Positions 12,583-22,882 of a DNA stretch of 64,000 bases are shown here, piece after piece. Positions within the stretch are counted from its first letter, which is position 1, and each line of letters begins with the position of its first letter. The stretch comes from Histomonas meleagridis 2922-C6/04-290x (taxonomy: Eukaryota; Protista; Parabasalia): positions 1 to 64,000 of the forward strand of contig JAANOX010000006.1 in assembly GCA_020184695.1 (NCBI GenBank), read 5' to 3'. The notes beneath the pieces were generated by a model. It was not told where the DNA came from. It saw nothing but the letters and a program-made list of their open reading frames with translations, and ran no database searches. The translations under genes and the position numbers were made by a program.

Positions 12583-13194
12583 TTAACAACAACGCAAATT
12601 ATTATCACTTGGTTCAAATTTGCCTAAAGGCAAGTCTTGACGTTCTGAATCATGTGAATTATCGTGTGTATTACTTTCTATGAATTTTTCGCAAATTTCT
12701 TGAAACATTTCAAAAATTCCATCGCCTGATAAAGCACTTGTCTCATAATACTCAATAACATCTGGAAGGGTTTTCGCTTTTTTAGCTCCTTCATTGAATG
12801 AAATTTCGCGATTTTGTAGGTCAATCTTGTTTCCACAAAGGACTATCGTTACGCCTTCTTTAAATTCTTGAACTTGATTGTACCATCTATTAACTGATTT
12901 GAATGATTCACGGCTGTTTTTTGCTTTTTGATCATCGTTTCCAACTGCAAAAACTATTATTATCACATTAGCATGTTGATAATAAATTGGCGCAATTGAC
13001 CTATAAGCCTCTTGACCAGCTGTATCCCATATTTTCATGTTAATGGTCTGTTCATTGATTTGTATTTGTTTATTGATATTAACCCCTGCAACATTTGGAG
13101 CTTGTAAATTGTTGAATATACCATTAACAAAACGATTAATAATTGCTGTCTTTCCGACACCCGAATCTCCAATAAGCGTTACGTTCATTTTCAT
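12583..13194 (-). CDS. Rab-family small GTPase
   Basis: GDSGVGKT, WDTAGQE, NKID, ETSA and C-terminal CC prenylation motif. Start taken at MKMNV. Confidence 0.93.
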   Translation of the reverse strand: MKMNVTLIGDSGVGKTAIINRFVNGIFNNLQAPNVAGVNINKQIQINEQTINMKIWDTAGQEAYRSIAPIYYQHANVIIIVFAVGNDDQKAKNSRESFKSVNRWYNQVQEFKEGVTIVLCGNKIDLQNREISFNEGAKKAKTLPDVIEYYETSALSGDGIFEMFQEICEKFIESNTHDNSHDSERQDLPLGKFEPSDNNLRCC

Positions 13195-14000
13195 TTTTTC
13201 AACCAAAAAATGCCAAGAATCATTTCAAGTTCAAATCAAGATTTATATCTGATCCAAATCGGTAAATAAAGTATCAACTTGCATCAAAAGACAAATATTA
13301 AAGAAAGCTTATTTGAAAAGATAATATTGATCACCACAATACATAAATGGCAAATCAAATGGCACTGAAAAAAAAACATATTAACCACATTAAAGTCTGC
13401 TGGAAGATAAGTATGCGAATCAAGCTTTTGAGTTCATTGGTTATTTGCTATAATTAATTATCGCAATGATTAAAAAAAGTGAAAATTTTGTTGATAATAA
13501 TTCTGTTTCACATTTGTGTATAATATTTAAAACATGTGAAAATTAAGATGTGATAAGAAGATTTTTTATAAATTTATTTTCTTAACCAATTTCCAAAAGA
13601 ATTCGAAATTAGAATAACACTTACACTAAATCACATCAATCAATTGATCACTTCACAACCAGGTTGTAAAAATATTCGACATAGACAAACAGATTTCTTT
13701 TTATTTATTTTATATTGAAAAGAACGCCACCAAATTTTAATATAATAAAATGAAGTCATATGTAGAAAATTCCCCTACAACTTATCCTTACTAAGTTTCG
13801 ATTTGAAGAGTTTTTTATAAAATTATTTTTGAAAAATGATTCAGCAAAACGTTTTACGAGAAAAAAAATTATTTTTTAAGAATAACGAAGTAAAATATCA
13901 TATTCACGCGCTCTATAAAAATAAGAAGATAATTTTAAACAATTTTATTAAATATCTTTGTGTTGCACGATTTTCATTTGTTTCATCTAACTATCCATAT

Positions 14001-14480
14001 TTAAATGTTTATTGTTACAATAACAGCTGCAACGACAACAACACCCGCAGCAACAGATACTCCAATTATTGAAGCCTTGTTGTCATTTTTATTATTTTCA
14101 TTTTGTGCGCTAGCTAAAATATTTTGAAATTCTTCTAATGTTTCTGCTTGATTTAATTGGTCCATATATTGATTTTTTTTATCTTCACTTAAATTTGGTA
14201 TAAGTTCAATTTTTTGTTCAATATCTTCTTTCTTTAAATTATTTAATTATTTCATTTTCATTTTTAGCTTCATTTATTATACTTTGAATTGTTTCTTTAT
14301 CATGTGCTTCTTTAATTTGTTTTTTGATGTTTGCTTATTAATGTTTCATCTAAAAATGTATAATTTGAGTAATTCTTTCGCATCATCTTTTTGTACTTGT
14401 AATTCTCTTTTGCTTTCATTTTCTTTCTTTGCTTTTTCTAAAATATCATTAATATCTTGTTCTTTGAGTATTCAGACTGA
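14001..14480 (-). pseudogene. Frameshifted GA/FIVAR-like helical-repeat protein with C-terminal TM anchor
   Basis: Not in the ORF track. Manual translation across three +1 shifts: EQDINDILEKAKKENESKRELQVQKDDAKELLK/YTFLDETLISKHQK/QIKEAHDKETIQSIINEAKNENEII/NLKKEDIEQKIELIPNLSEDKKNQYMDQLNQAETLEEFQNILASAQNEN...ASIIGVSVAAGVVVVAAVIVTINI* (TAA 14001-14003). Confidence 0.6.
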
Positions 14481-14643
14481 ACATTGGTTATGTAGACGAG
14501 AAAAATCTTGAATAAAATTCAAATTTGATTTCTCATATCACAAGTCATTGAGTCATTCAAAATCTCTCAAATATGGATCAAGCGGTTGGGACAATCCTCT
14601 TCAGAGATAATATTCAAAAAGTGGATACGTATCGTACTAACTT

Positions 14644-17326
14644 ATGGGTGATTCGATCAGTGATATTAAATCAACAGAAAATATACCACCAAATTCCTGT
14701 ACAACAGAAGGAGATGTACTTAGTATGAAAATTACAAATGATTTTCAAGAATTGTTTTCTAAAGTTCAATCACTTCGAAATCTTATTTTTGGTTTAAAAG
14801 AAGAAAATATTGTATCAACAGCAGAATCCATAATGAATATAGGAGAAATAAATTATCCATTCTCTTATGGACTTGTTCTTAGTCAATTAATTTATTCAGC
14901 TTTTATTTCTCAAAAAAAGGATTTCAATATTTACTTACAACTTATGCTAGAAATTGGGGAAAAAGAAGAAGCATGTGAACACAAACTCATTGATATCTTT
15001 AAATTCTTTATATTTAGTTTTTTTCCAAAACATGCAGAATGCCAAGAAACAAATTATATTCTTGAACAATTGATTGAACATAATTATCTTAATCCAAAAG
15101 ATTTACCTATAGGATCTCTGTATTTTATTCAATATCAAGCTAACAAAGTCAGTTTGTTTGATAATTTTTCCCCATTTAAAAATTATTTTCTTCACAATAT
15201 TAATAAGCTTAAAAAGGATAATTGGGCACTTCATAAAAAATATGTTAAAGAAGGTATTAATCCAAATGAAATTGCAAAAGCAATTCGATATGATAATGTT
15301 GAAAATCTCCAAGAACTTGCATCACAAACAAATTTTGACTTTAATCAAACAATTGAGCCATCTCTTTATGAAAGATTTTCTTATATTAATCAGAGAGATG
15401 TTTCACTTATCGATTATGCTGCATTTTTTGGATCGATTAAATGCTTTAAATTTTTAATGTTAAATGGTTCTGATTTAAATAATATTGTGCTTAATGATAA
15501 CTTTCCAACTGATAATTTAAGTAGTACTTGTTTATATGCAATCGCAGGTGGAAATAATCAAATTATTCATTTTTGTGAAGAAAGTCATATTCCTTTTAAT
15601 GGGTCTCTTGAAATAGCAATAAAATTTCATCAAAATGATATATTTTATTATATATATGAAAATAAACTAACAGAAATCAACGACTTATCTTTGTTAGGAA
15701 AGGAATGTATAAAATATTATAATCTTGAAATCTTTTTATTCTTATTGAAAGAAGGAATGAAATTATCTACTTCTATTATCGAAGATGTTGCAAAAATTGG
15801 AAACATTTTCATTATTAAATCTCTTATTGAAGAAAATCAAATCCCTAAAACGATTTTGATTTACTCTTCAATTTCTGGAAATATTGAACTTGTAAAACTC
15901 ATACTTGAACAAAAAGGAATCGATATTAATGAAAAAAAAGTTTAATTTTTATTATTGATGTTTTTTTATTTATTATATAATATAAAAATGTTTGGTGTTT
16001 ATTTAAGGCATTTAAAACAGCACTTATATGTGCTTCTTATACAGGGAACACTGAAATAGTTAAATTACTTCTTGAACAAGAAGGAATTGATATCAATGTT
16101 AAAGATATTTATTCTTTTTGTTTAATATTTGTTTTAATGATTTTTAAATTTAAAATAATATTTGGAATTTAATCATGCTATTGAAAACAGCATTCATGTT
16201 TGCGTCTGAATATGGACATACAGAAATAGTTAAATTACTTCTTAAACAAGGAATTGATATTAATGATAGAGATATTCATATGTTTTATATAATATTTGTT
16301 TTTATGAATTGGTATTTCGAAAATATATTTGAAAATTATTAAAATTATTTTGGACAGCACTTATGAAAGCATCTTTAAATGGTCATACAGAAATAGTTAA
16401 AATTCTTATTGAGATAGAAGGAATTGATGTTAATACTAAAGAAGTTTCAATGTTTCTTTAGGAATTTTATCTCATAATTCGAAATTCTAAAATATTATTT
16501 AAAGATCATTCAAAATATTTGAAAAACAAATAGTTTTTGAACTCGCTGCTGAAAGAGGTTTTACAGAAATCGCAAAAATGCTTTTCGAATTAAAAGGAAT
16601 TGATGTTAATGGTAAAAATTTTTATTTGCTATTCTTTATATTTATTATGATAAATTTGTGTTTCAAAATAATATAAGGAACTTAATCATATCATTTGATA
16701 CAATTCTTATTAGGGCATCTGCAAATGGTCGATATGAGATCGTTAAATTACTTCTTGAACAAGAAGGAATTGATATCAATGGAAAAAATATTTATTTGTT
16801 TTATATGAAATACATTACAACAACTTTCTATTTCAAATTAACATTTCAAAATTTTTTATATTATTCGAAACAGCACTTATAAGATCTTGTTTAAGAGGTC
16901 AACTGGAAATAATTAAATTACTTCTTGAACAAGAAGGAATTGATTTTAATGCTAAAGATATTTATTTGTTTTATATAAAATTTATTTTAATAATTTTTTA
17001 TTTCTAAATAATGTTTGGAAATTATTTAAACTATTTGACACAGCACTTATTAAAGCATCTCAATGTGGTTATATAGAAATCGTTAAATTACTTCTTGAAC
17101 AAGAAGGAATTGATATTAATGCTAAAGATATTTATTTGTTTTATATAAAATTTATTTTAATAATTTTATAGTATTTCAAAATAATATTTGAAAATTATTT
17201 ATATTATTTAAAACAGCACTTATGTGGGCATCTGAAAATGATCATACAGAAGTAGTTAAATTACTTAAACAAAAAGAAAATGACAACAACACGAAAAAAG
17301 TTAATTTATCATTATTAAATATATAA
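14644..17326 (+). CDS. DUF3447-type ankyrin-repeat protein; continuous ORF to 15945, then 8 further coding segments separated by non-canonical intervening sequences
   Basis: N-part has trichomonad ankyrin-family motifs (AIRYDNVENLQ, LIDYAAFFGSIKCFKFLM, AIKFHQNDIF). Stop-free ankyrin segments at 16017-16106, 16187-16273, 16354-16443, 16530-16619, 16700-16789, 16870-16959, 17040-17129, and 17213-17326 (TALMWASENDHTEVVKLLKQKE...*). Confidence 0.8.
15940..17212 (+). other. Eight AT-rich intervening sequences, one per ankyrin repeat (candidate non-canonical introns / bypass elements); ~170-bp tandem unit
   Basis: Spacers between the D-equivalent and T-equivalent codons: 15940-16016 (77 nt), 16107-16186 (80), 16274-16353 (80), 16444-16529 (86), 16620-16699 (80), 16790-16869 (80), 16960-17039 (80), 17130-17212 (83). 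All are 2 mod 3. Shared ATTTATTTGTTTTAT start, central TTTCAAAATAATATTTGRAA and YTATTT near the end. Confidence 0.85.
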
Positions 17327-17850
17327 ATAAAAGATAAACCTTAACAATATTTCAACTAGTAAAAGTAAATTTTCGTAATCATTTTTTTCATATTATTATA
17401 TTTTTGATTTAAATAATCATTAAAAATTATTGTAAATTATTATATAAAATAAGGAAATTAAACGAATCAATGATGCATATTTGGGGCATCCTGATACAGT
17501 TTCGTCAACTTTTTAAATTGATATTATCCGTTTCACAACACAAACAACATTCAAATCTTCATGTAACAAAACGACATACAATTTACTCGCCCAAATTCGT
17601 AATTTTATGAGAGGTGGTGATATGTTCCAACTGAACGGTTTTTACTACTAAATTAAAAGATATAAATCTGCAAGTCTTTTATGGCTCCTTCAGTAATTTT
17701 AGTTGAAATATGTTAATATTCTTTTTAATCAGTTTGTAGCCAAAATATTAACTTCATAAATATAAACATTCATTTAATTCTCACTGCTGAGCCTGACTGA
17801 TTATACATTCACATAAAAATGACATTATTTAAGCTTCACATTTTATTCAT

Positions 17851-19842
17851 TTAATCGACTTCCTCGACACGTGGTCCTGATGAGTGTCCACCAGTTGAAG
17901 CGCCAGGTGATGGGCCAGCGCCTCCTTGCATGTTCGCGAACATTGATGGGTCGATGCCTCCCGGCATGCCGCCAGCGCCTGGCATTCCTCCCTGTGCGCC
18001 GCCAGCTGCGTTTTGGTATGCAGCTTGCATGAGTGGCATTAACTTGCCTTCGAGTTCCTTCTGCTTAGCTTCGAATGTCGCGACGTCTGCGTCTTGGTTA
18101 GCGTCGATCCATGCGAGCGTGTCATTGATTTCCTTGTTGATTGTGTCCTTATCTGATTGTGACAATGCGTTAGCGAACTGCTCTTGATTTAATGAGTTGC
18201 GTACGCCGAAGCAGTATCCTTCGAGTGCGTTCTTAGCCTCAACCTTCTTACGCACTTCTTCATCTTGTGCTTTGTACTTCTCTGCGTCTGCAACCATTCT
18301 ATCGATATCTGCTTGTGAAAGACGTCCTTTCTCATTCTTGATTGTGATCTTCTTAACATTGCCTGTTGACTTATCTTGTGCTGAAACATTCATAATACCA
18401 TCTGCGTTAACATCGAATGTAACTTCAATCTGTGGTACGCCGCGTGGTGCTGGTGGAATGCCCGTTAAATCGAATGTACCAAGCAAGTTGTTGTCGCGTG
18501 TTCGTGAACGTTCACCTTCGTAAACTTTGATTGTAACAGCTGGCTGGTTATCGGAGAATGTTGTGAAGACATTTGACTTCTTGCATGGAATTGTTGTGTT
18601 ACGTGGAATTAAGACAGTCATAATTTCACCTGCTGTTTCGATACCTAATGAAAGTGGTGCAACATCTAACAATAAGATATCTTTGATTTCTTCATGTGTA
18701 TCGCCTTTGATAATTGCTGCTTGAACTGCTGCGCCATATGCAACTGCTTCATCCGGATCAACACCACGGCATGGTTGCTTGCCGTTGAAGAAGTCTTGTA
18801 ACAATTGTTGAACACGTGGAATACGCGATGAACCACCAACAAGAACAATATCAGTGACATCTGACTTTGACATGTTTGCATCTCTTAAAACTTGTGCGAC
18901 TGGATTCATTGTTGACCTGAAAAGTTCATCATTTAAGTTCTCGAACATAGCACGTGAGATGTTATCCATGAAATCGTGGCCTTCATATAATGAATCGCAA
19001 ACAATGGATGCGGATGTGGCTGTGGATAATGTTCGCTTAGCACGTTCGCATGCTGTTCGTAATGTACGGAGTGCACGTGGCGATTGTCTTAAGTCACATT
19101 TGAACTTCTTTTGGAAACGATCTGCGAAGTAATTAACCATACGATTATCAAAATCTTCGCCACCAAGATGTGTATCACCTGCTGTGGCACGCACTTCGAA
19201 CATACCACCATCGATATCAAGTAAGGAAACATCAAAAGTACCACCACCAAGATCGAAGATAAGAACATGACGTTCGTTGTCGGATTTTTCGTTAAGACCG
19301 AAGGCAATAGCAGCGGCTGTTGGTTCGTTGATGATACGAAGAACATTGAGACCAGCAATAACACCTGCATCTTTTGTAGCTTGACGTTGACCATCGTTGA
19401 AATAGGCTGGAACTGTAACAACAGCATCAGTAACTTTGTTGGAAAGTTGGCTTTCAGCTATTTCCTTCATTTTACCTAAAACCATAGCTGAGATTTCTTC
19501 TGGGTAGAATTGTTTGGTTTCACCCTTCCATTGAACTTGAATCCTTGGACGATCTGCATCGCCACGAACAACCTTGAATGGCCAATGTTGCATATCCTTT
19601 TGAACAACTGGATCACTGAATTTACGGCCAATCATACGCTTTGCATCGAAAACTGTGTTTGTTGGGTTCATGGCAGCTTGGTTCTTAGCAGCATCACCGA
19701 CAAGACGTTCATCTTCGGTGAATGCAACATAAGATGGGGTTGTACGATTACCCATATCATTTGCGATAATATCGACACGACCGTGTCTGAAGACGCCGAC
19801 ACAACTGTAAGTTGTACCAAGATCAATACCAATTGCTGACAT
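17851..19842 (-). CDS. HSP70: Cytosolic heat shock protein 70
   Basis: [43 protein letters not shown] repeats and C-terminal EEVD. Confidence 0.98.
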   Translation of the reverse strand: MSAIGIDLGTTYSCVGVFRHGRVDIIANDMGNRTTPSYVAFTEDERLVGDAAKNQAAMNPTNTVFDAKRMIGRKFSDPVVQKDMQHWPFKVVRGDADRPRIQVQWKGETKQFYPEEISAMVLGKMKEIAESQLSNKVTDAVVTVPAYFNDGQRQATKDAGVIAGLNVLRIINEPTAAAIAFGLNEKSDNERHVLIFDLGGGTFDVSLLDIDGGMFEVRATAGDTHLGGEDFDNRMVNYFADRFQKKFKCDLRQSPRALRTLRTACERAKRTLSTATSASIVCDSLYEGHDFMDNISRAMFENLNDELFRSTMNPVAQVLRDANMSKSDVTDIVLVGGSSRIPRVQQLLQDFFNGKQPCRGVDPDEAVAYGAAVQAAIIKGDTHEEIKDILLLDVAPLSLGIETAGEIMTVLIPRNTTIPCKKSNVFTTFSDNQPAVTIKVYEGERSRTRDNNLLGTFDLTGIPPAPRGVPQIEVTFDVNADGIMNVSAQDKSTGNVKKITIKNEKGRLSQADIDRMVADAEKYKAQDEEVRKKVEAKNALEGYCFGVRNSLNQEQFANALSQSDKDTINKEINDTLAWIDANQDADVATFEAKQKELEGKLMPLMQAAYQNAAGGAQGGMPGAGGMPGGIDPSMFANMQGGAGPSPGASTGGHSSGPRVEEVD

Positions 19843-19847
19843 TAAAA

Positions 19848-19853
19848 AAATGA
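19848..19853 (-). promoter_or_regulatory. Inr TCATTT upstream of HSP70
   Basis: Minus strand GAGATCATTTTTTTAATG. Confidence 0.6.
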
Positions 19854-19975
19854 TCTCATTAAGGCATTTTTTGGCTGAGCATTTACTGATTCAAATTAAG
19901 TATCCGACCATTTAAAGTATTTAAATCACAATAACGTTCAATGATAAACGGTCGAAAATCTTGTTAAAGAAAGTT

Positions 19976-20371
19976 TTAGTGTTTAGCAGAAAGAGGACTG
20001 TCGGAAAGAGCCGGGTTCTGCTTAAAGTTAACAAATTCCATAGTATGTTGTAAGATTTCTTCATTTGTATCAAGATTCTTTACCTTAACACTGTAGCGAA
20101 TTGCTGCCCAATCATCCTTAACAATCATATTATCGAATTCGCCTAGTTCCATGGTGTAATGTTGGAAAAGTTGTCCCATCATATCTTTATATTGTTGTAA
20201 TGTTAATCGATGGCCATACACATTATAATGTGCATCTGGTTCGTACAATGTATTACACCAATCTAACCATCCTTCATACCCACCATTCCAGTTCTTGAAT
20301 CCATTTACAAGACGATCACGGATTGCTTCTTCCATATTTGGTGCACTTTGTATCTTTTGTGCTTCTGACAT
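19976..20371 (-). CDS. SnoaL-like / ester cyclase (NTF2-fold) protein, bacterial-type
   Basis: WCNTLYEPDAHYNVYG...FDNMIVKDDWAAIRYSV...TMEFVNF fits the NTF2/SnoaL pattern; Inr TCATTT at 20378-20383. Confidence 0.7.
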   Translation of the reverse strand: MSEAQKIQSAPNMEEAIRDRLVNGFKNWNGGYEGWLDWCNTLYEPDAHYNVYGHRLTLQQYKDMMGQLFQHYTMELGEFDNMIVKDDWAAIRYSVKVKNLDTNEEILQHTMEFVNFKQNPALSDSPLSAKH

Positions 20372-20597
20372 TATAAAAAATGATTATCTAAAGAAACTTT
20401 TCACCGGAGATTTAAATGCTCGGTGAACATCATCCAATCAATTCACCACTTCATCATAAACTATTCAATATTTCATTTACAGAACTTTACTTGTCACCGG
20501 GTGATCGTTTTTCCAAAAATACAAAAGTGAATAACTCTAAGATATCACAATCTTTCCTAAAAAGTGAGATGTTTCGTATCCCAAAAAATGAAAAAAA

Positions 20598-20669
20598 TGG
20601 ATGTGTGGGGGATCGAACCCCAGGCCTCTACAATGCAAATGTAGCGCTCTACCACTGAGCTACACACCC
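20598..20669 (-). tRNA. tRNA-Ala (TGC)
   Basis: GGGTGTG acceptor stem with G3:U70, D-arm TAGCTCAGTGGTAGAGC, anticodon arm CTACA-TTTGCAT-TGTAG, T-loop GTTCGATCC, discriminator A; no intron. Confidence 0.97.
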
Positions 20670-21306
20670 GTACATTAATTTTTTGAAAAATATATTTATA
20701 ATTATTATAAGTTAATAGATTTTTTTTTTGATTGTGATATTGGACTATATACATAGTACATCATATTTATTTATATTAAAAAAATCGCGAAATGTTAATA
20801 ACGATTTATTTAATTTATAATAATTTCTTATTTATTAATTTAATATTTATGATCTGGTTCTTTTGGAGTCTTTAAAAAGAGATGCTGAGAGTAACATCAA
20901 AATATAATAAGGAACCATTATGGATCGAATTATAATGGCATTGGAGTCAATCGAAAAAGCAAGTATGGGTTCATTGATTAACTGATGCCGATAGAGAACG
21001 ATAGATGATGAATTCATTGAGTGATTTTTTTTTTCAATCAACTTTTTTGAAGGACTGATTGATGGGATTTCTTTTATTCTTGCATTTTAATAACAACTCG
21101 TGATGGCCTATCTATATTCCAAATATGATTAAAAATCTATTTGCCACTTAAAAGATATATGAATTCTACTAGAGATCTCTATTTTTTTGGAATCCTGATT
21201 CCACTTCAGAAACAAAAAGTGTCTTTAGGCACTTTAATGTAAATATAAGTAAATTTTTTTTACAAATTTATTTCTACGAAAACAAAAACACAAAAACATT
21301 CGATAT

Positions 21307-22641
21307 TTATTGCTTTGGGAGTAAAGTTTCCAAGTCTTCCTCACTAATTTTCCACAAATAATCCAATCCCTGTATCAATGACATTGGTTCCACGAAATCT
21401 ATTTTCAGCACCTCCAACATATATTGTATACATTCTAACAATCCCGCGACGTAATCCCGCAACTTTCCACTGTCCTCATTTTTTGGTATTATTAACCACT
21501 CGTTTGTCAGTCTTCGCTTTATTTTCGACGATGTTGTTAAAGGGAACAAACAAAACTGTAATGGAACACCAATAACTCTCGAGACTTCTCGAATGTAATT
21601 CGTGGCGAAGCCTAAAAAAGAACGCGTTTCATCCCATTGATTCGATTGTGGGTTTTCGTAATAATGGACAGAACAAATCGTATTGGCACTGGCCGAAAAT
21701 GGAAAAATGACTTTTAACTCATCAAGTGCTGAAAGACGAAAGCGTAAAAGTAATTGATATTTCTCAATGGATGGTTTGGGTGGAGGCGGAATGTTTTTGT
21801 TCGACTCTAAATGAGAAGTAAATGAGTTATACGCGACACAAAAGTCGGACTCGTTCTTAGAGTGAAGTGTTAACGCTGTCATTTTTTGGTTTTGCTGATT
21901 AAGCTGATATTGTGCTGCACGTTTCTCACGGAGTGATTTCTCAATCTGAAGCTTAAGAGATGATAGCTTGTCGAGATCAATACCGGAGTTCTTTAACGAG
22001 GTTTTGGTATCTTCAAGATCTTCAAGTGATGAACGAAGTTCACTAAGTTGGATTTGAAGACTTTCAATATGCTGATATTCAAGTGTTGGAATAGTTTTGG
22101 AATCAATGTTAAAGGAAACTGTGCTTTCATGATAATCATCTGGACGAATATAAATACCACTTGGAAATTCAAGTGTATAAGCTCCTGTAGGAAGGTGAGC
22201 GGATTTGGTGGGACCAAGATAGATTAAATTTGATAAATCAAAATCAATTATTCCTTCTGTTGTATTGATTTTTAATGTTTGAGATTCGGTAGATTCCTCA
22301 AGGATATCGTCAATTTCCCAGACTATGTGATCTGATATTTGACGAGGTTGAACGGTAATTTCGGTTGAATCAATAATTAATTTAATTGGTGATGAAGAAC
22401 TTTGTGAGTCTTCAGCTAAAGTGGTTATTGATATTAAGTCTATTAAAAGTAATTTCGGTGGTACGAAGATACAGTTGATTTTTTCAGTCATTATAGCGGG
22501 GTGCCCTGCAATTAATAAGTTTACGTTGTCATAACGATACAATCTTCCACAAACAATTTTGTTGTGTGATGCATCACAAGAAGAAATCAAATATTCAAAT
22601 GATATTAACGTAATCAATGTTACTTTGGTTGCGATCAACAA
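21307..22641 (-). CDS. Coiled-coil protein, possibly UVRAG/Vps38/Atg14-like
   Basis: Central coiled coil followed by SFLGFATNYIREVSRVIGVPLQFCLFP, resembling the UVRAG/Atg14 C-terminal motif. Start uncertain (TTG; first in-frame ATG at MTEKINC). Confidence 0.45.
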   Translation of the reverse strand: MLIATKVTLITLISFEYLISSCDASHNKIVCGRLYRYDNVNLLIAGHPAIMTEKINCIFVPPKLLLIDLISITTLAEDSQSSSSPIKLIIDSTEITVQPRQISDHIVWEIDDILEESTESQTLKINTTEGIIDFDLSNLIYLGPTKSAHLPTGAYTLEFPSGIYIRPDDYHESTVSFNIDSKTIPTLEYQHIESLQIQLSELRSSLEDLEDTKTSLKNSGIDLDKLSSLKLQIEKSLREKRAAQYQLNQQNQKMTALTLHSKNESDFCVAYNSFTSHLESNKNIPPPPKPSIEKYQLLLRFRLSALDELKVIFPFSASANTICSVHYYENPQSNQWDETRSFLGFATNYIREVSRVIGVPLQFCLFPLTTSSKIKRRLTNEWLIIPKNEDSGKLRDYVAGLLECIQYMLEVLKIDFVEPMSLIQGLDYLWKISEEDLETLLPKQ

Positions 22642-22882
22642 AATTCTTAAGTGACTGTTAAATATACATCATATCCAAATTTTCAGATCTTACTAGAAAT
22701 ATATAAAATGACAATGTTTGTGACTGTGAAAACGAAAAGAGGAGAAAGAATTTATTTGTCTTACAATGCATATTGTAAATCCAATAATGGAAATTTTTGT
22801 CGAAGTAATAATAATGTAAACATCACAAATTTGTAAGTCAGAAATCCCCACTTTTTGAATATAACCGATACAATCAGACAAA

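Noticed and set aside
15940-17215. Canonical GT-AG splicing using ACAG as acceptor
   Set aside because: The AG overlaps the conserved Thr-Ala codons, is missing in some copies (R5 and both second-locus copies), and joining it to the recurrent GT gives the wrong frame and deletes TA of the TAL motif.
15850-17280. CRISPR-like repeat-spacer array
   Set aside because: The conserved part is ~90-nt protein-coding ankyrin sequence, spacers are homologous to each other, the host is eukaryotic, and there are no cas genes.
17851-19842. GC-rich island suggesting foreign DNA; long antisense ORFs
   Set aside because: Explained by codon bias of a highly expressed eukaryotic cytosolic HSP70 (EEVD); antisense ORFs are shadows.
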